Assembly: GCA_963555995.3 (NCBI GenBank)
Contig: OY821641.1
Location: 992,001-1,056,000, forward strand
DNA from: Vicinamibacteria bacterium
GTDB lineage: Bacteria > Acidobacteriota > Vicinamibacteria > Marinacidobacterales > Marinacidobacteraceae
Reading direction: 5' to 3'
DNA length: 64,000 nt
Below, one piece after another: positions 1 to 10,077 of the stretch. The position numbers and the translations under genes were made by a program. The number at the start of each line of letters is the position of its first letter. Within the stretch, counting starts at the first letter, position 1. The notes below the pieces were generated by a model. That model ran no database searches and had not been told where the DNA came from. It saw only the letters and a program-made list of their open reading frames with translations.

Positions 1-959
1 ACCTTCAGGATGTTCCGCTCGGTGGTGTAGTGCGCGCCCTGCTGGCGGCGCTGCTCCGGGTCCATCACCGACTGGAAGAGCGAGCCGAAGATCGCCGGGG
101 AGATGCTCGACCAGTTGAACCGGCAGGCCGCGAGCAGGTGCTCCCGCATCGCAGAGTTGAAGTCGGGAATCGAGATCCGCCCGGCGAAGAGATCGCCATT
201 CACGTAAGGGAACCGGGCGAGATCCTCGTCGAGCGTGGCGGAACGGGCCTCCTCCGGCGTGTCGAGGACCTCGAAGAGGCGCACCAGGAGAGGGCCGAGG
301 TCCATCCCGTCCGGTCGGGTCCGCGTCTCCACGAAGTCGAGCAGGATGTCGCGCGGCTCGAAGACCCCGGTGTCGTCGGCGAACAGGCAGAACACGATCC
401 GCACCAGGAAGCGTTCGAGGTCGTGGTCCGGATACCCGGCGTCCCGCAGCGAGTCGTGGAGCCGGCCGACCAGCTCGGCGGCCTCGATGTTCGCCGGGTC
501 CTGGTCCCGGAACGTCCGGCTCTCGACCCCGAGGATGAACCCGAACTTCTCCGCGTGGTCCGGCAACTCGTCGAGCCGGAAGGCGGCCACCTCCCGCTGG
601 AGGAGGTCGTGGAGCTCGAAGTGCCGGAAGTCGCTCACCAGGATGTAGCGCGGCCGGTCGCGCTCGGAGAGCGCGTCGAAGTAGCTCCCGGCCTGCTCGT
701 AGGCCGCCCCCAGGTCGCGGCCCGCGCTCTTCTGCTCGACGATCAGGACGCCCGGCCAGAAGAGGTCAATGAACCCCCTCGTGTCGTCCAGCTTCGCCAC
801 CCGCTCCTCGTAGCGGGCCACGGACTCCCGGCGCACTCCGAAGATGCGGAAGAAGTCGTTGTAGAAGCTCTGCGTCTCGCCCTTCTCGTAACCGGCGTCC
901 GCCCACTTCCGGGCGAAGGACGCCGCGCGGGCGCGGATCTCGTTCCAGGAGAGGCGCAT
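1..959 (-). CDS. MmeI-like type IIL restriction-modification enzyme (DNA methyltransferase/endonuclease), N-terminal part; runs off the window
   Basis: Not in the ORF track. Manual translation from ATG at 959: MRLSWNEIRARAASFARKW..YEKGETQSFYNDFF..GFIDLFWPGVLIVEQKS..FPYVNGDLF..NWSSISPAIFGSLFQSVM..GAHYTTERNILK, the typical MmeI-family signature. Confidence 0.9.
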   Translation of the reverse strand, partial: MRLSWNEIRARAASFARKWADAGYEKGETQSFYNDFFRIFGVRRESVARYEERVAKLDDTRGFIDLFWPGVLIVEQKSAGRDLGAAYEQAGSYFDALSERDRPRYILVSDFRHFELHDLLQREVAAFRLDELPDHAEKFGFILGVESRTFRDQDPANIEAAELVGRLHDSLRDAGYPDHDLERFLVRIVFCLFADDTGVFEPRDILLDFVETRTRPDGMDLGPLLVRLFEVLDTPEEARSATLDEDLARFPYVNGDLFAGRISIPDFNSAMREHLLAACRFNWSSISPAIFGSLFQSVMDPEQRRQQGAHYTTERNILK

Positions 960-1221
960 GGCGGCGGCGTATTGTGGCAGAGGACCCGACGGGCCGCTCC
1001 GCGCTGGAGACAATCGGAACGCACGGCGGCAACTAGCGCTCGACGTTCCCCTGAGTTACTCCCACCACGAGCCTCATAGTGACTCCACTCCAGTGACGGA
1101 TCCCATCTACGATGACCGGAAGGACTCCACTCAGGATCTCTGCCGTAGAGAAGGCTCCGACTCCCAGAGGATTGCATCATCTGGGCTCTTGGCCCAGAAA
1201 ACAAAAACAGGTGGACCACAT

Positions 1222-1384
1222 TGTTGGGTAGTTTTCCGTTCCGGACAACGACAATTCGGGGCGGTAGAACCCCTCGAAGGAGGCCGACATGTCCAGACGA
1301 CTCCGGCGGAACCATTCGCCGGCATTCAAGGCGAAGGTAGCGATGGCGGCGGCCCGAGCCTTATGTGGACGCGGAACGAGGTGA
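1222..1384 (+). mobile_element. IS3-family insertion sequence remnant (left end plus first ~22 codons of OrfA)
   Basis: TGTTGGGTAG..GTTCCGGACA end-like sequence, then GAAGGAGG RBS and ATG 1289 giving MSRRLRRNHSPAFKAKVAMAA (IS3 OrfA N-terminus RRxHSxxFKAKVAxxA); the sequence then diverges and stops at 1382-1384. Confidence 0.7.
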
Positions 1385-1513
1385 TGGGAGTATCCACAAG
1401 AAGCCGATCCGCACGGGGCAAGGGCGCGGAAAAGCATGACACGGCATGTGATCCGAGACGGGGTTGGTAGTGACTTACACTGGGGGGCTCTTGGACCCAC
1501 TAAGCTAACTACC

Positions 1514-2998
1514 ATGAAGCCGACAACCGAGGCCATTACAAGACCGGGGACCTTCGTAATCAAGCCGATAGGGGCGATTCCGGGGACCCTAACGATCGAC
1601 GGAAGAAACACCGTCCTGTATCTGTGGTCACATCAGAATTTCGAGGTAGATCCCGAGCTCAATAGCACAATCGCTGGAATCCTCGACGACGGACGACCCG
1701 TGTCGCTGATTCGAACCGTACTCACAAGTCATGAGACGAACTTCACAAAGCACGGGCTTTCCCAGAGGATTCGACTATTCCCAAACTATGTGGTCATCGG
1801 TTCGGATTCCGTTACTGATGCCTCGGCCTCCATATCGTCAGTGTCCTTTGAAGTAACAGATGCTCCAACACTGTTCTCTGACCATGAGGCGTTCGGGATC
1901 GTGCATACGAGTAAGGATCTTCTGACAGAGATAGTCAAGGAGAATAAGGGCGATATTTCGTATGAAATAGGAGATTTGCCACTCGTTGCATACTACACGG
2001 GGAAGAGAGAACTATTTCATGCAGAATGCGCAAACTTTGGAGTATCCGGATGGCACGGCATCGGATGGGTAGCTTCTGTCGCAGGAGGCGTGAGGATCAA
2101 CAGCACTCCTCACATAGGGGTCACATTCAAGGATCCGGTTCGTGTCTCGGAAATGACGAAATCTGTAAACGTAGTGGTCCAATTTCTGGAGGCGATGGTC
2201 GGTAGCGTACAGAATGTGGGCGAGATGCATGTGACTGGTCCAATCGGAGGCGAGGACCATGTCGTCGAGTTGCATGACAATACACGTATCCGACATGAGA
2301 TTACTCGTGATGTGCGAGGCAGAATCCCATTCGATGATCTCATAAAACCCGTTCAGCAGCGGGGGGACTTCGAGAGCGTATTGACGCAATGGATGAGTCG
2401 AGACGCGAGTTGGAGCGATGCCCGTTGGCGAGTCTTGATGGGATGGAGACCACCGATACGCTATGGCCCGGATCGTTTGATCAGGGCAGCCAACGCCTTC
2501 GATCTTGTTCCCACGGCGGGCGTTGATGAGCGGCGAGAGTTGCCAAGCGCGATTGCGATCGTGGTCCAAGAGACGAGAGCTAAGTTCCGCGCATTGGATC
2601 CCTCTTGGGAGAGGACCCAGGTACTTAACGCCTTAGGGAGACTGAAGCATCTGTCGCTGAAGAACAAGGTCGCGCGGAGAGCAGAAATAGTGAATGGTTT
2701 GATTGGTGACAATCTCACAGATCTTGTAACGGTCTCAAACAGGGCAATTGACCTGCGAAATGTATACGTTCACGGCCCGTCTGGGCGCCCGAGTGACGAA
2801 GTACTCGAGCAATTCGTTCCGTTCCTGACAAACACCCTTGAGTTCATATTTGTTGTGTCGGATCTTGTCGAGTGCGGCTGGTCGTTCCGTGACTGGTATT
2901 TCGGGAGAAGACTGCGTGGGCACCCGTTTGGCCTCTACATTCGAGACTATGCGTATTGGCAGAGGCAGCTTGAAGCCGCAGTCAGCACTTCGCGATAA
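1514..2998 (+). CDS. ApeA-like HEPN-domain protein (putative anti-phage RNase)
   Basis: ~494 aa; N-terminal IPGTLTIDG..IAGILDDGRPVSL like the ApeA N-terminal domain; C-terminal RxxxxH HEPN motif (LRNVYVHG); visibly more AT-rich than the flanking genes. Confidence 0.7.
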   Translation: MKPTTEAITRPGTFVIKPIGAIPGTLTIDGRNTVLYLWSHQNFEVDPELNSTIAGILDDGRPVSLIRTVLTSHETNFTKHGLSQRIRLFPNYVVIGSDSVTDASASISSVSFEVTDAPTLFSDHEAFGIVHTSKDLLTEIVKENKGDISYEIGDLPLVAYYTGKRELFHAECANFGVSGWHGIGWVASVAGGVRINSTPHIGVTFKDPVRVSEMTKSVNVVVQFLEAMVGSVQNVGEMHVTGPIGGEDHVVELHDNTRIRHEITRDVRGRIPFDDLIKPVQQRGDFESVLTQWMSRDASWSDARWRVLMGWRPPIRYGPDRLIRAANAFDLVPTAGVDERRELPSAIAIVVQETRAKFRALDPSWERTQVLNALGRLKHLSLKNKVARRAEIVNGLIGDNLTDLVTVSNRAIDLRNVYVHGPSGRPSDEVLEQFVPFLTNTLEFIFVVSDLVECGWSFRDWYFGRRLRGHPFGLYIRDYAYWQRQLEAAVSTSR

Positions 2999-3129
2999 CG
3001 TGAGCCGGACAGACGGCACATTCGGCGCCCCCCGAGTAGGTGGCACTAGATCACGGAAAATGGTGGCAGAAAGTGTGAGCGTGCAGCCGACCAATCTGGC
3101 CAGAGGGCGATGCCGAGCTCGGGTCGTCC

Positions 3130-3609
3130 GGCTCCCGACTTGTGGACCGCCAGAAGATCGAGGTAGAAGCCGAACCCGCCCGGACGTTTGCTCCCATCCA
3201 GCGGATCGGCCGCCGGCAGGGGTGGTACTTCGCGACCTGGCTCTGGGTTCTGCGGGGTTTCCTCGACCTGCTGGCGGGCGGCGTAGGGATGCGGCGGGGC
3301 CGCCGGCCTCCGGTGAAACTCCGGGCAGGAGACCCGCTCGACTTCTGGCACGTGGAGGCATGGGAGAAAGATCATCGCCTCCGGCTCCAGACGGAGATGA
3401 AGGTGCCGGGCCGGGCCGGGCTCCAGTTCGAGGTGGAGCCGACCGCTGGCTGCAGCCGGATCACCCGGACGGCGGTGTTCGACCCCTTGGGGCTGAGTGG
3501 GCTTCTCTATTGGTACGGGCTCTACCCGATCCACCGGCTGATCTTCCGGCGGATGCTCCAGGGGGTGGCGGCGCGAGTGAAATCACTTGATCCACCGCTG
3601 TCGCACTGA
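3130..3609 (+). pseudogene. DUF2867 domain (C-terminal part of a YbjT-like SDR-DUF2867 protein), 5'-truncated
   Basis: GSRLVDRQ..IQRIG..GWYFATWLWVLRGFLDLLAGGVGMRRGRR..GDPLDFWHVE..EMKVPGRA..YWYGLYPIHRLIF; no upstream NAD-binding domain. Confidence 0.6.
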
Positions 3610-3788
3610 CGCGCCGTCCCATGGGCGGGTAATTGGGTTCGTTCGACGGGGGATCAATGCAAGAATGTGCGATTGCTTTCCGCAACCAGTGGGCGGTCGA
3701 CACGAGAAGAAGCGGGACGCGTTGTTGACCGTCGAACTCGGGACAAGGGTCCCGGACGACGCTCGACCAAACAGCGAAAGGAACCGCA

Positions 3789-4049
3789 GTGAGGTATCGA
3801 TTGGACGAGTCCGACAGGACGCTGGATATAGATGACAATGGCACGTGGCATATTGGTCCTGGCAGGACCAAGGTCGTGTTGGAACTGGGATTTGGGCAGC
3901 TAGATTTGCAGCCCGGGGCTGGCCAAGTCGTTGTGAACGGGGGGCATGGCCAGATCATCGTTCATCCGAGCGAGGGTCAAGTAGTTCTGTTTGCTGGTAG
4001 AGGTCAGATAATCCTCGACGGCGAGAAGATCCACGATGGTCAAGAATGA
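3789..4049 (+). CDS. small hypothetical protein with 9-residue GQ-hydrophobic repeats
   Basis: AAGGAA before GTG; repeats GFGQLDLQP/GAGQVVVNG/GHGQIIVHP/SEGQVVLFA/GRGQIILDG; ends 9 bp before the next gene. Confidence 0.5.
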   Translation: MRYRLDESDRTLDIDDNGTWHIGPGRTKVVLELGFGQLDLQPGAGQVVVNGGHGQIIVHPSEGQVVLFAGRGQIILDGEKIHDGQE

Positions 4050-4058
4050 CCTCACGTC

Positions 4059-5882
4059 ATGAGTCGGTTCCCGTGCCTGCTCGCCGCCGTCCTCGCCCTC
4101 GTCGGCGTGCCTGGCGCCGCCCAAGAGCCGCGTATCGTCATAGGTCCCGACTACCTCGTCAGCCGGGACGGTGACCGGCCCCACGTGGAGATCATGGCGG
4201 CGGCCAACCCGCGCGATCCGCGGAACCTGCTGGCCGGGGCCATCACCTTCACCCGTCCCGACGGCGGGGCCGCGACCAAGGCGTACGTGAGCTTCGACGG
4301 CGGGACCCAGTGGGAAGACATCACCTTCCCGGAGCAGAAGGAGTCCGGTGGGGGCGACCCACAGGTCGCCTTCACCGCGGTGGGCACCGCGATCTTCGCC
4401 ACCCTCGCCACCCGGGCGGACGAGACCGGGCGGACGCGGGCGTTCCTGCACGCCTACCGCTCCGAGGACGGGGGACGGACCTGGTCGGCGCCCCACGACC
4501 TCGGAGCCTCGTACGACCACCCCATGCTGGCGGCCGACCAGACGGCGGGACCCTTTGCGGGACGTCTCTACATGAGCGTCCTCTACGGGCGTGAGTACAA
4601 CCTCGGCGTCTTCCGCTCGGAAGACGACGGCAGAAGCTGGATCGGCCCGGTGAAGTTCCTGGACGACGGCGGGGAGCGGGGGCTGAACGTGGACCCGCTG
4701 CTGGTGCTTCACGACGGGACGATCATGGTCCCGTTCGTGGACTTCCCGTCCAACCCCGAGCAGACCGCCGGTTGGACCGAATCGCGCATCTGGACGGTGG
4801 TCTCGTCCGACGGCGGGGTGACCTTCTCCGAGCCGAAGCCGGGCCCGGTGAAGATGACGGGCGACGAGGTGCGCGAGGCGAGGGAGGGGACCGAGCGCTT
4901 CCGGGGCGGTTCCTGGACCATGCTCGCGGCGGACCGCAGCGAGCGCTTTCGGGACCGCGCCTATGCGGTGTGGTCCGGCTACTCGGCGGGGCTGCCGCGC
5001 ATCGTGATCTCGTGGACCGACGACCGCGGCTCCTCGTGGAGCGATCCGCGGCCCGTCGCGGCACCGGGTCCGGACACCCAGCAGTTCCAGCCCGCGGTCG
5101 CCGTCAACCGGGACGGCGTGCTGGGGGTGAGCTGGTACGACACCCGGCAGGCGCCGTCGCGGTTCGCTTTCCACCAGTACTTCGCGGCCTCCTTCGACGG
5201 CGGGGAGACGTTCACCGCGCCGCACCGGGTTTCGGGAGCGCTCTCCGAGCCCCTGGGGTCCGGGAATCTGGTGCCCGCGCCGATCACCTTCAGCGGACCG
5301 GAGGGAGAGCTGCGGGTCGCCCTGATCTCGGCGGCGTCGCGCTGGGTGACCGGCGGCGACTACATGGGCCTCACCACCTCGGCAGACGGACACTTCCATC
5401 CGGTCTGGGCCGATGCGCGGTCGGGGACGTATCAGGTGTACACCGCGGCGGTGCGGATCGAGTACGGGCCACCCGCGCCGCCGCCGGTGCTCGGGGAGCC
5501 GGTGGACGTCACCGGGCGGATCGAACTGGTGAACGATCCCGGCAGCTACGACGCCGAGACGGGGGTGGCCGAAATGTGGATCCGGTTACGGAACGCGTCG
5601 GGCGCTCCCGTTGCGGGGCCGATCGAGGTGGAGATCCGCAAGTTCGGGAGTGGCATGGGGGACACGTTTTCGGAGTTGGCCCCGGAGGTGCTGAACGCGG
5701 ACAACGGGGTGCGCGGGAGCGGCGCGGTTTTCCGCTACGACGAGGTACTCGGGAGCGACGGCGTGCTGCCTCCCGGTGGCGTGAGCGGGGCGATTCGCTG
5801 GCGTCTCAAGCTGGTGGAGCCGATCCGGATTCCCGATCTGCATCTCTACATCACGGCGCGGGAGGTCATGGGGTCGCCGTAG
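4059..5882 (+). CDS. secreted BNR/Asp-box repeat (sialidase-like beta-propeller) protein
   Basis: Signal peptide; Asp boxes SFDGGTQW, SEDGGRTW, SEDDGRSW, SSDGGVTF, TDDRGSSW, SFDGGETF; GDYMGL. Confidence 0.8.
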   Translation: MSRFPCLLAAVLALVGVPGAAQEPRIVIGPDYLVSRDGDRPHVEIMAAANPRDPRNLLAGAITFTRPDGGAATKAYVSFDGGTQWEDITFPEQKESGGGDPQVAFTAVGTAIFATLATRADETGRTRAFLHAYRSEDGGRTWSAPHDLGASYDHPMLAADQTAGPFAGRLYMSVLYGREYNLGVFRSEDDGRSWIGPVKFLDDGGERGLNVDPLLVLHDGTIMVPFVDFPSNPEQTAGWTESRIWTVVSSDGGVTFSEPKPGPVKMTGDEVREAREGTERFRGGSWTMLAADRSERFRDRAYAVWSGYSAGLPRIVISWTDDRGSSWSDPRPVAAPGPDTQQFQPAVAVNRDGVLGVSWYDTRQAPSRFAFHQYFAASFDGGETFTAPHRVSGALSEPLGSGNLVPAPITFSGPEGELRVALISAASRWVTGGDYMGLTTSADGHFHPVWADARSGTYQVYTAAVRIEYGPPAPPPVLGEPVDVTGRIELVNDPGSYDAETGVAEMWIRLRNASGAPVAGPIEVEIRKFGSGMGDTFSELAPEVLNADNGVRGSGAVFRYDEVLGSDGVLPPGGVSGAIRWRLKLVEPIRIPDLHLYITAREVMGSP

Positions 5883-5900
5883 GGCTCGGTTTCCGAGCTT

Positions 5901-5920
5901 CGCCTGCCGCTCGGCAGGCG
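5901..5920. terminator. GC-rich hairpin after the Asp-box gene (possible terminator)
   Basis: CGCCTGCC-GCTC-GGCAGGCG perfect 8-bp stem; no U tract. Confidence 0.35.
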
Positions 5921-5939
5921 GTAGGTCATGAAACGGCTG

Positions 5940-6260
5940 GGAGCGCCGGCTTCAGCCGGCACCGCGGGCCGAAGGCCCGCGGATGTCCTGCCGCCGTTCG
6001 GGGTGATGGACCGAGAGCCGAACGCCATTGCGCGGCGCGCTTCGTCCAGTCCGCTGCGCTCCGCGCAGCGGGTGCCGGCTGAAGCCGGCGCTCCAGGCCG
6101 GCGCGCCACGCGGGGGGAGTGGAGCTACGTGACTTCGCCCGCCGTTGGCGGGCGGTGCCGGCTGAAGCCGGCGCTCCAAGCTGGCGCGCCACGCGGGGGA
6201 GTGGCGATACGCGATCCGCCCGCCTTCGGCGGGCTGTGCCGGTCTGAAGACCGGCGCTCC
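5940..6260. repeat. cluster of 4 REP-like palindromes (BIME-like) between convergent genes
   Basis: GGAGCGCCGGCTTCAGCCGGCAC at 5940-5962; inverted copies at 6072-6094, 6155-6177 and 6236-6260; ~82-bp tandem units. Confidence 0.85.
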
Positions 6261-6266
6261 CGGCTG

Positions 6267-7520
6267 TTACGCGACGATGAGGGGACGGAGGGCCTTGAGG
6301 CCGGCGAGGGCGCGCTCGACGTGTTCGGCGGTGTTGTAGAGGTGGGGGGAGAGGCGGAAACCGCCGGAGGTGGAGCCGGCGATGCCGTGCTCGTCGTACA
6401 TCCGGGAGAAGACCTCGCGGCGGGATTCGGGGGGGACCTCGACGATGACCACGCCGGCGGAGAGGGCGTCTTCCATGGGTGTGACGAGCGGGATTCCGTG
6501 CTCCTGGAGGCCCTGCTTGAGGCGGCGGGCGAGGTCCATCATCCGTTCTTCCACCCGGTCGGGGCCGATCTCGCCGTGGAACTCGGCGGTGGTGCCCATG
6601 GCGGCGAGGCAGGCGTCGTCGCGCTGGCCCATGGACTCGAACTTCCGGGCGCCGCTCGGGTCGGGGTCGGCGTCGCCGCCCCAGCCGGGGGCGACTTCCG
6701 AGGGCCAGAGCCCGGGGATGCTCTCGCTGCGCACCACGAGGACTCCGCATTCCTTGGGGCCGCAGAACCACTTGTGGGAGCTGCTGGTGAAGGTGTCGGC
6801 GCCGATCGCCGGGACGTCCACCGCGAGGCCGCCGAAGCTCTGCGCGCCGTCCACGTGGACATGGATGCCCCGCTCGTGGGCGGCGTCGGCGATCCGGCGC
6901 ACCGGAAGGTGGATTCCGGAGACGTTCGAGACGTGGGTGATCGCCACCACCCTGGTGTTCGCGCCGAGGGCCTCGACGAAGGGGGCGGCCAGGTCTTCCG
7001 CTCCCGCCGGCGCCTGCGGAACGGACACCCGGCGGACCGTGAAACCGTAGCGGGCGGCGCGGACGTCCCAGGCCACGTTGTTCGTCGGATGGTTCTGGTC
7101 CCAGAGCAGGACCTCGTCGCCCTCTCCGAGCACCAGGCCGGCGTTCACGATGTTGTTCGCCTCGCTGGTGTTGCGGACCAGCGCCAGCTCGTCGGCCGTC
7201 ACCCCGAGCTGCGCCGCGACCTTCTCCCGCGCCGACTCCCGCAGGTCCGAGAACTTCCCCCGGTTCTGGAAGGAGCAGTCGTGATCAATGTCGCGGGTCA
7301 ACTCGCTCACCCGGTCGGCCACCGACCGCGGGGAGGGACAGAGGTTCGCCGCGTTCATCGGCACCCTGTCCTCTTCGAAGGGGAACTCCCACCGCACCAT
7401 CCGGAACAGCGCCTCGTCGTCGGCGGCAGCGGCCCGGAGGGCCGGGAAGGCGGCCGGAACGGCGGCCGTGGTGCGCAGGAATGCGCGCCGGGATACGGCA
7501 TTCGAGAAGGACTTCGTCAT
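6267..7520 (-). CDS. Tat-exported class V PLP aminotransferase (cysteine desulfurase/isopenicillin N epimerase-like)
   Basis: SRRAFL Tat motif; HVHVDGAQ, SSSHKWFCGP (PLP Lys), RLSPHLYN; GGAGG RBS before ATG 7520. Confidence 0.85.
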   Translation of the reverse strand: MTKSFSNAVSRRAFLRTTAAVPAAFPALRAAAADDEALFRMVRWEFPFEEDRVPMNAANLCPSPRSVADRVSELTRDIDHDCSFQNRGKFSDLRESAREKVAAQLGVTADELALVRNTSEANNIVNAGLVLGEGDEVLLWDQNHPTNNVAWDVRAARYGFTVRRVSVPQAPAGAEDLAAPFVEALGANTRVVAITHVSNVSGIHLPVRRIADAAHERGIHVHVDGAQSFGGLAVDVPAIGADTFTSSSHKWFCGPKECGVLVVRSESIPGLWPSEVAPGWGGDADPDPSGARKFESMGQRDDACLAAMGTTAEFHGEIGPDRVEERMMDLARRLKQGLQEHGIPLVTPMEDALSAGVVIVEVPPESRREVFSRMYDEHGIAGSTSGGFRLSPHLYNTAEHVERALAGLKALRPLIVA

Positions 7521-7545
7521 GGCGGGCGCCTCCGAGCCCACAACT

Positions 7546-8733
7546 CTACCGGGTTCGCGGGGGCGAGGCGGAGACGAGGTCTCCGGGCTGCCGGGCGCTG
7601 CCGTGGGTGATGACCGAGCGGAACAGGACCGGGCAGATGAGCGAGGTGACCGCGGCGATCATCACCGCGATCGCCCGGTCGGTCTGGTCGAGGAGCCCGA
7701 GTTCGAGGCCGACGGTGGCGACGGCGATCACGAGGCTCAGCCGGGCCGAGAGCAGGAATCCGGTGGCGGTGGCGGCCCTGAGCGAGAAACCCCAGAACAC
7801 GAAGAGCAGGGACGGCAGGAACTTGACGAGGAACGCCACGCCGATGATGACCCCGGCGCGCGCGAGCGCGTCGGGGTTCAGGAGCGCCCCCACCTCGAAA
7901 CGGAGGCCGACGTTGATGAAGAAGATGGGGATCAGGAAGCCCCAGGAGATCCCGGAGAGCTGGTGGCGGAGCCCTTCCGGCGGCTGGAAGAGCAGCGCGA
8001 AGACCCCTCCCGCCAGGAAGGCCGCCAGGATCGGCTCCACGTCCAGGACGGTGGACAGGCCCACGAAGATGAGCAGCAGGGCGAGCGCGCCGCGAATCCC
8101 CATCTCGTCGGGATCGTCCTTGCGGAACAGCCGGGACACGCGGAGTGGATGCCACCAGAGCACCAGCTTCATGACCCGGAGCACGACCACCACCGCGACC
8201 AGCAGCAGCGGCCCGTTGATCAGCTCGATCCCCCAGCCGTCCCTCGCCCAGATGGTGATCTCGGCGACCAGCAGCAGGGTCACCAGGTCGGCGATCACCG
8301 CGGAGACCAGGATCGCCTGTCCGAGGCTCTCGGTGGTGATTCCGGCGCTCCTCAGGCTCGGCAGCACGAGGGCCGCCGAGGTGGTCGCGAGCAGCGGGGC
8401 GTAGAAGACCGGCAGGTCGAGCCACACCGTGGCCAGGAAGGAGAGCGCCAGGGTGCCGGCGAAGACCACGAGCGCCTGCCCGATGGGTCCCGCGCCGCCC
8501 CGCCGCAGCGCCCGGAAATCAACCTCGAAACCGGCGAGGAACATCAGCATCAGGAGCCCGAGCGTCCCGATCTGGTCCAGCAGTTCGGTGCCCTGCACCA
8601 GCCCGAGGACCGGGCCGACGAGGACCCCGAAGAGGATCTCGACGACCACCGCGGGCGCCCGCAGCCAGGAGGCCACCGGCGGCAGCAGGAAGGCGGCGAT
8701 CCCCACGATCACCAGCGCGCCGGAGCCGTCCAT
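7546..8733 (-). CDS. cation:proton antiporter (CPA2 family)
   Basis: Real start MDGSGALVIVG at 8733 overlaps the upstream stop (TGATG); EILFGVLVGP, LMFLAGFEVD, IPIFFINVG; ~12 TM segments. Confidence 0.85.
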   Translation of the reverse strand: MDGSGALVIVGIAAFLLPPVASWLRAPAVVVEILFGVLVGPVLGLVQGTELLDQIGTLGLLMLMFLAGFEVDFRALRRGGAGPIGQALVVFAGTLALSFLATVWLDLPVFYAPLLATTSAALVLPSLRSAGITTESLGQAILVSAVIADLVTLLLVAEITIWARDGWGIELINGPLLLVAVVVVLRVMKLVLWWHPLRVSRLFRKDDPDEMGIRGALALLLIFVGLSTVLDVEPILAAFLAGGVFALLFQPPEGLRHQLSGISWGFLIPIFFINVGLRFEVGALLNPDALARAGVIIGVAFLVKFLPSLLFVFWGFSLRAATATGFLLSARLSLVIAVATVGLELGLLDQTDRAIAVMIAAVTSLICPVLFRSVITHGSARQPGDLVSASPPRTR

Positions 8734-10031
8734 CAGTGGGTACCGAGCGCCGCGGCCGCCGCCAGCGCCAGCGCCCCGGTGGCGCGCACCAGCTCCTCGA
8801 CCGGGCAGTGCTCGTCCGGCCGGTGCGCCAGTTCGAGAATCCCCGGCCCGTAGGCGACGCAGTCGGGCACCCCGGCGATCCGGGCGACGTGCTTGTGGTC
8901 GTAGGTCCCGGGGCTCGCCACCTCCTCGACCTCGACGCCGAGCGCGCCCCGCACCCCGTAGCGCACCGCCTCGGTGGCGAGGGACCCGGCCGGTGTCCGC
9001 ACCGGTTCGACCGTGAGCAGCTCCTCGATCCGGTAGCGGCGGCCGGCCTCCCGGTCCGCGCAGGTGGCCACGCGGCGGGCCACCTCTTCCCGCACCGCTT
9101 CGAGTCCTTCCTCGGGCAGGAACCGGCGGTCCACCACCAGTTCGGCCCGGTCGGGAACCTGGGGGCTTTCGGTTCCGGCCCCGGCCTGTCCGCCCCGGAT
9201 GCTGTTCACGTTGACCGTGGCCACGCGCGCCCCTTCGGGGACCACGGGAAGGGCGGTGCGCCGGGCGGCCAGCTCCGGGACCCATTCGTTCCGGATCTCC
9301 TCGAGCAGCGGCGCGAGGTCGGTGATCGCGTTCCGGCCCAGGAACGGCATGCTGCCGTGGGCGACCTCGCCTTCGGCGACGACCCGGAACCAGTACACCC
9401 CGCGGTGTCCCACGCACACCCGGCGCGAGCCGAAGGGCTCCGGAATGATCACCGCGTCGGTGTCGCGGGCGATCGCTCCGGACTCGGCCAGCCACGCGAC
9501 GCCCGCCTGTCCCCCGGTCTCCTCGTCGGCGGTCCCCGAGATCTCCAGGGTGCCGCCGAGCCGGGCGCCCGCCCGCTGGAGGACGATCGCGGCGAAGAAC
9601 GCCGCCGCGATGCCTCCCTTCATGTCGCTTGCCCCGCGGCCCCAGACGGCGCCGTCGCGCACTTCACCCGAGAACGGGTCGGTGGTCCAGCCGGAGCCCG
9701 CGGGGACCACGTCGAGGTGTCCGTTCAGGTGGAGCCGCGGGCCGCCCTCCCCCAGCGGACTCTCGAGCCGGCCGATGACGTTCTGCCGGGGATACGCGGC
9801 GGAACCGGGCGGGCAGGCCGACGCGGGGGGATCGTCGAAAGTCACCTCGAAACCGGCGGCGGCGAGCCGGTCCCCGAGGAGGGCGGCGCATTCGCGGTAG
9901 TTCTCGCCCGGGGGATTCACGGTCGGGATCCGGATCAGGTCGCCGCAGAAGGCGGCGATCTCCGCCCGGGCCGCTTCGGCCTGGCGAAGGATCCGCGCTT
10001 CGAGGCCGTTGGCGACCGGATGGAGTGGCAT
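8733..10031 (-). CDS. M20 metallopeptidase (ArgE/DapE family)
   Basis: LNGHLDVVP, GRGASDMKGG, DEETGG, AHRPDEH. Confidence 0.9.
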   Translation of the reverse strand: MPLHPVANGLEARILRQAEAARAEIAAFCGDLIRIPTVNPPGENYRECAALLGDRLAAAGFEVTFDDPPASACPPGSAAYPRQNVIGRLESPLGEGGPRLHLNGHLDVVPAGSGWTTDPFSGEVRDGAVWGRGASDMKGGIAAAFFAAIVLQRAGARLGGTLEISGTADEETGGQAGVAWLAESGAIARDTDAVIIPEPFGSRRVCVGHRGVYWFRVVAEGEVAHGSMPFLGRNAITDLAPLLEEIRNEWVPELAARRTALPVVPEGARVATVNVNSIRGGQAGAGTESPQVPDRAELVVDRRFLPEEGLEAVREEVARRVATCADREAGRRYRIEELLTVEPVRTPAGSLATEAVRYGVRGALGVEVEEVASPGTYDHKHVARIAGVPDCVAYGPGILELAHRPDEHCPVEELVRATGALALAAAAALGTH

Positions 10032-10077
10032 CGAGCCCGAGGATACCGCCCGGGGAACGGCTGACCGTTGTCCTGAC

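Noticed and set aside
1081-1132. Direct repeat GACTCCACTC twice
   Set aside because: Only 10 bp and two copies, with no supporting structure or att-site context
5940-6260. Repeats at ~82-bp spacing that look like a mini CRISPR array
   Set aside because: The 'spacers' are similar to each other, orientations are mixed, the same motif is dispersed across the window and no cas genes are present; this fits REP/BIME
7546-9495. 649-aa antiporter with a long N-terminal domain (and the 588-aa version of GH109 at 32621-34387)
   Set aside because: The extensions overlap upstream genes out of frame and are Arg/Gly/Pro-rich noise; true starts are 8733 and 33967
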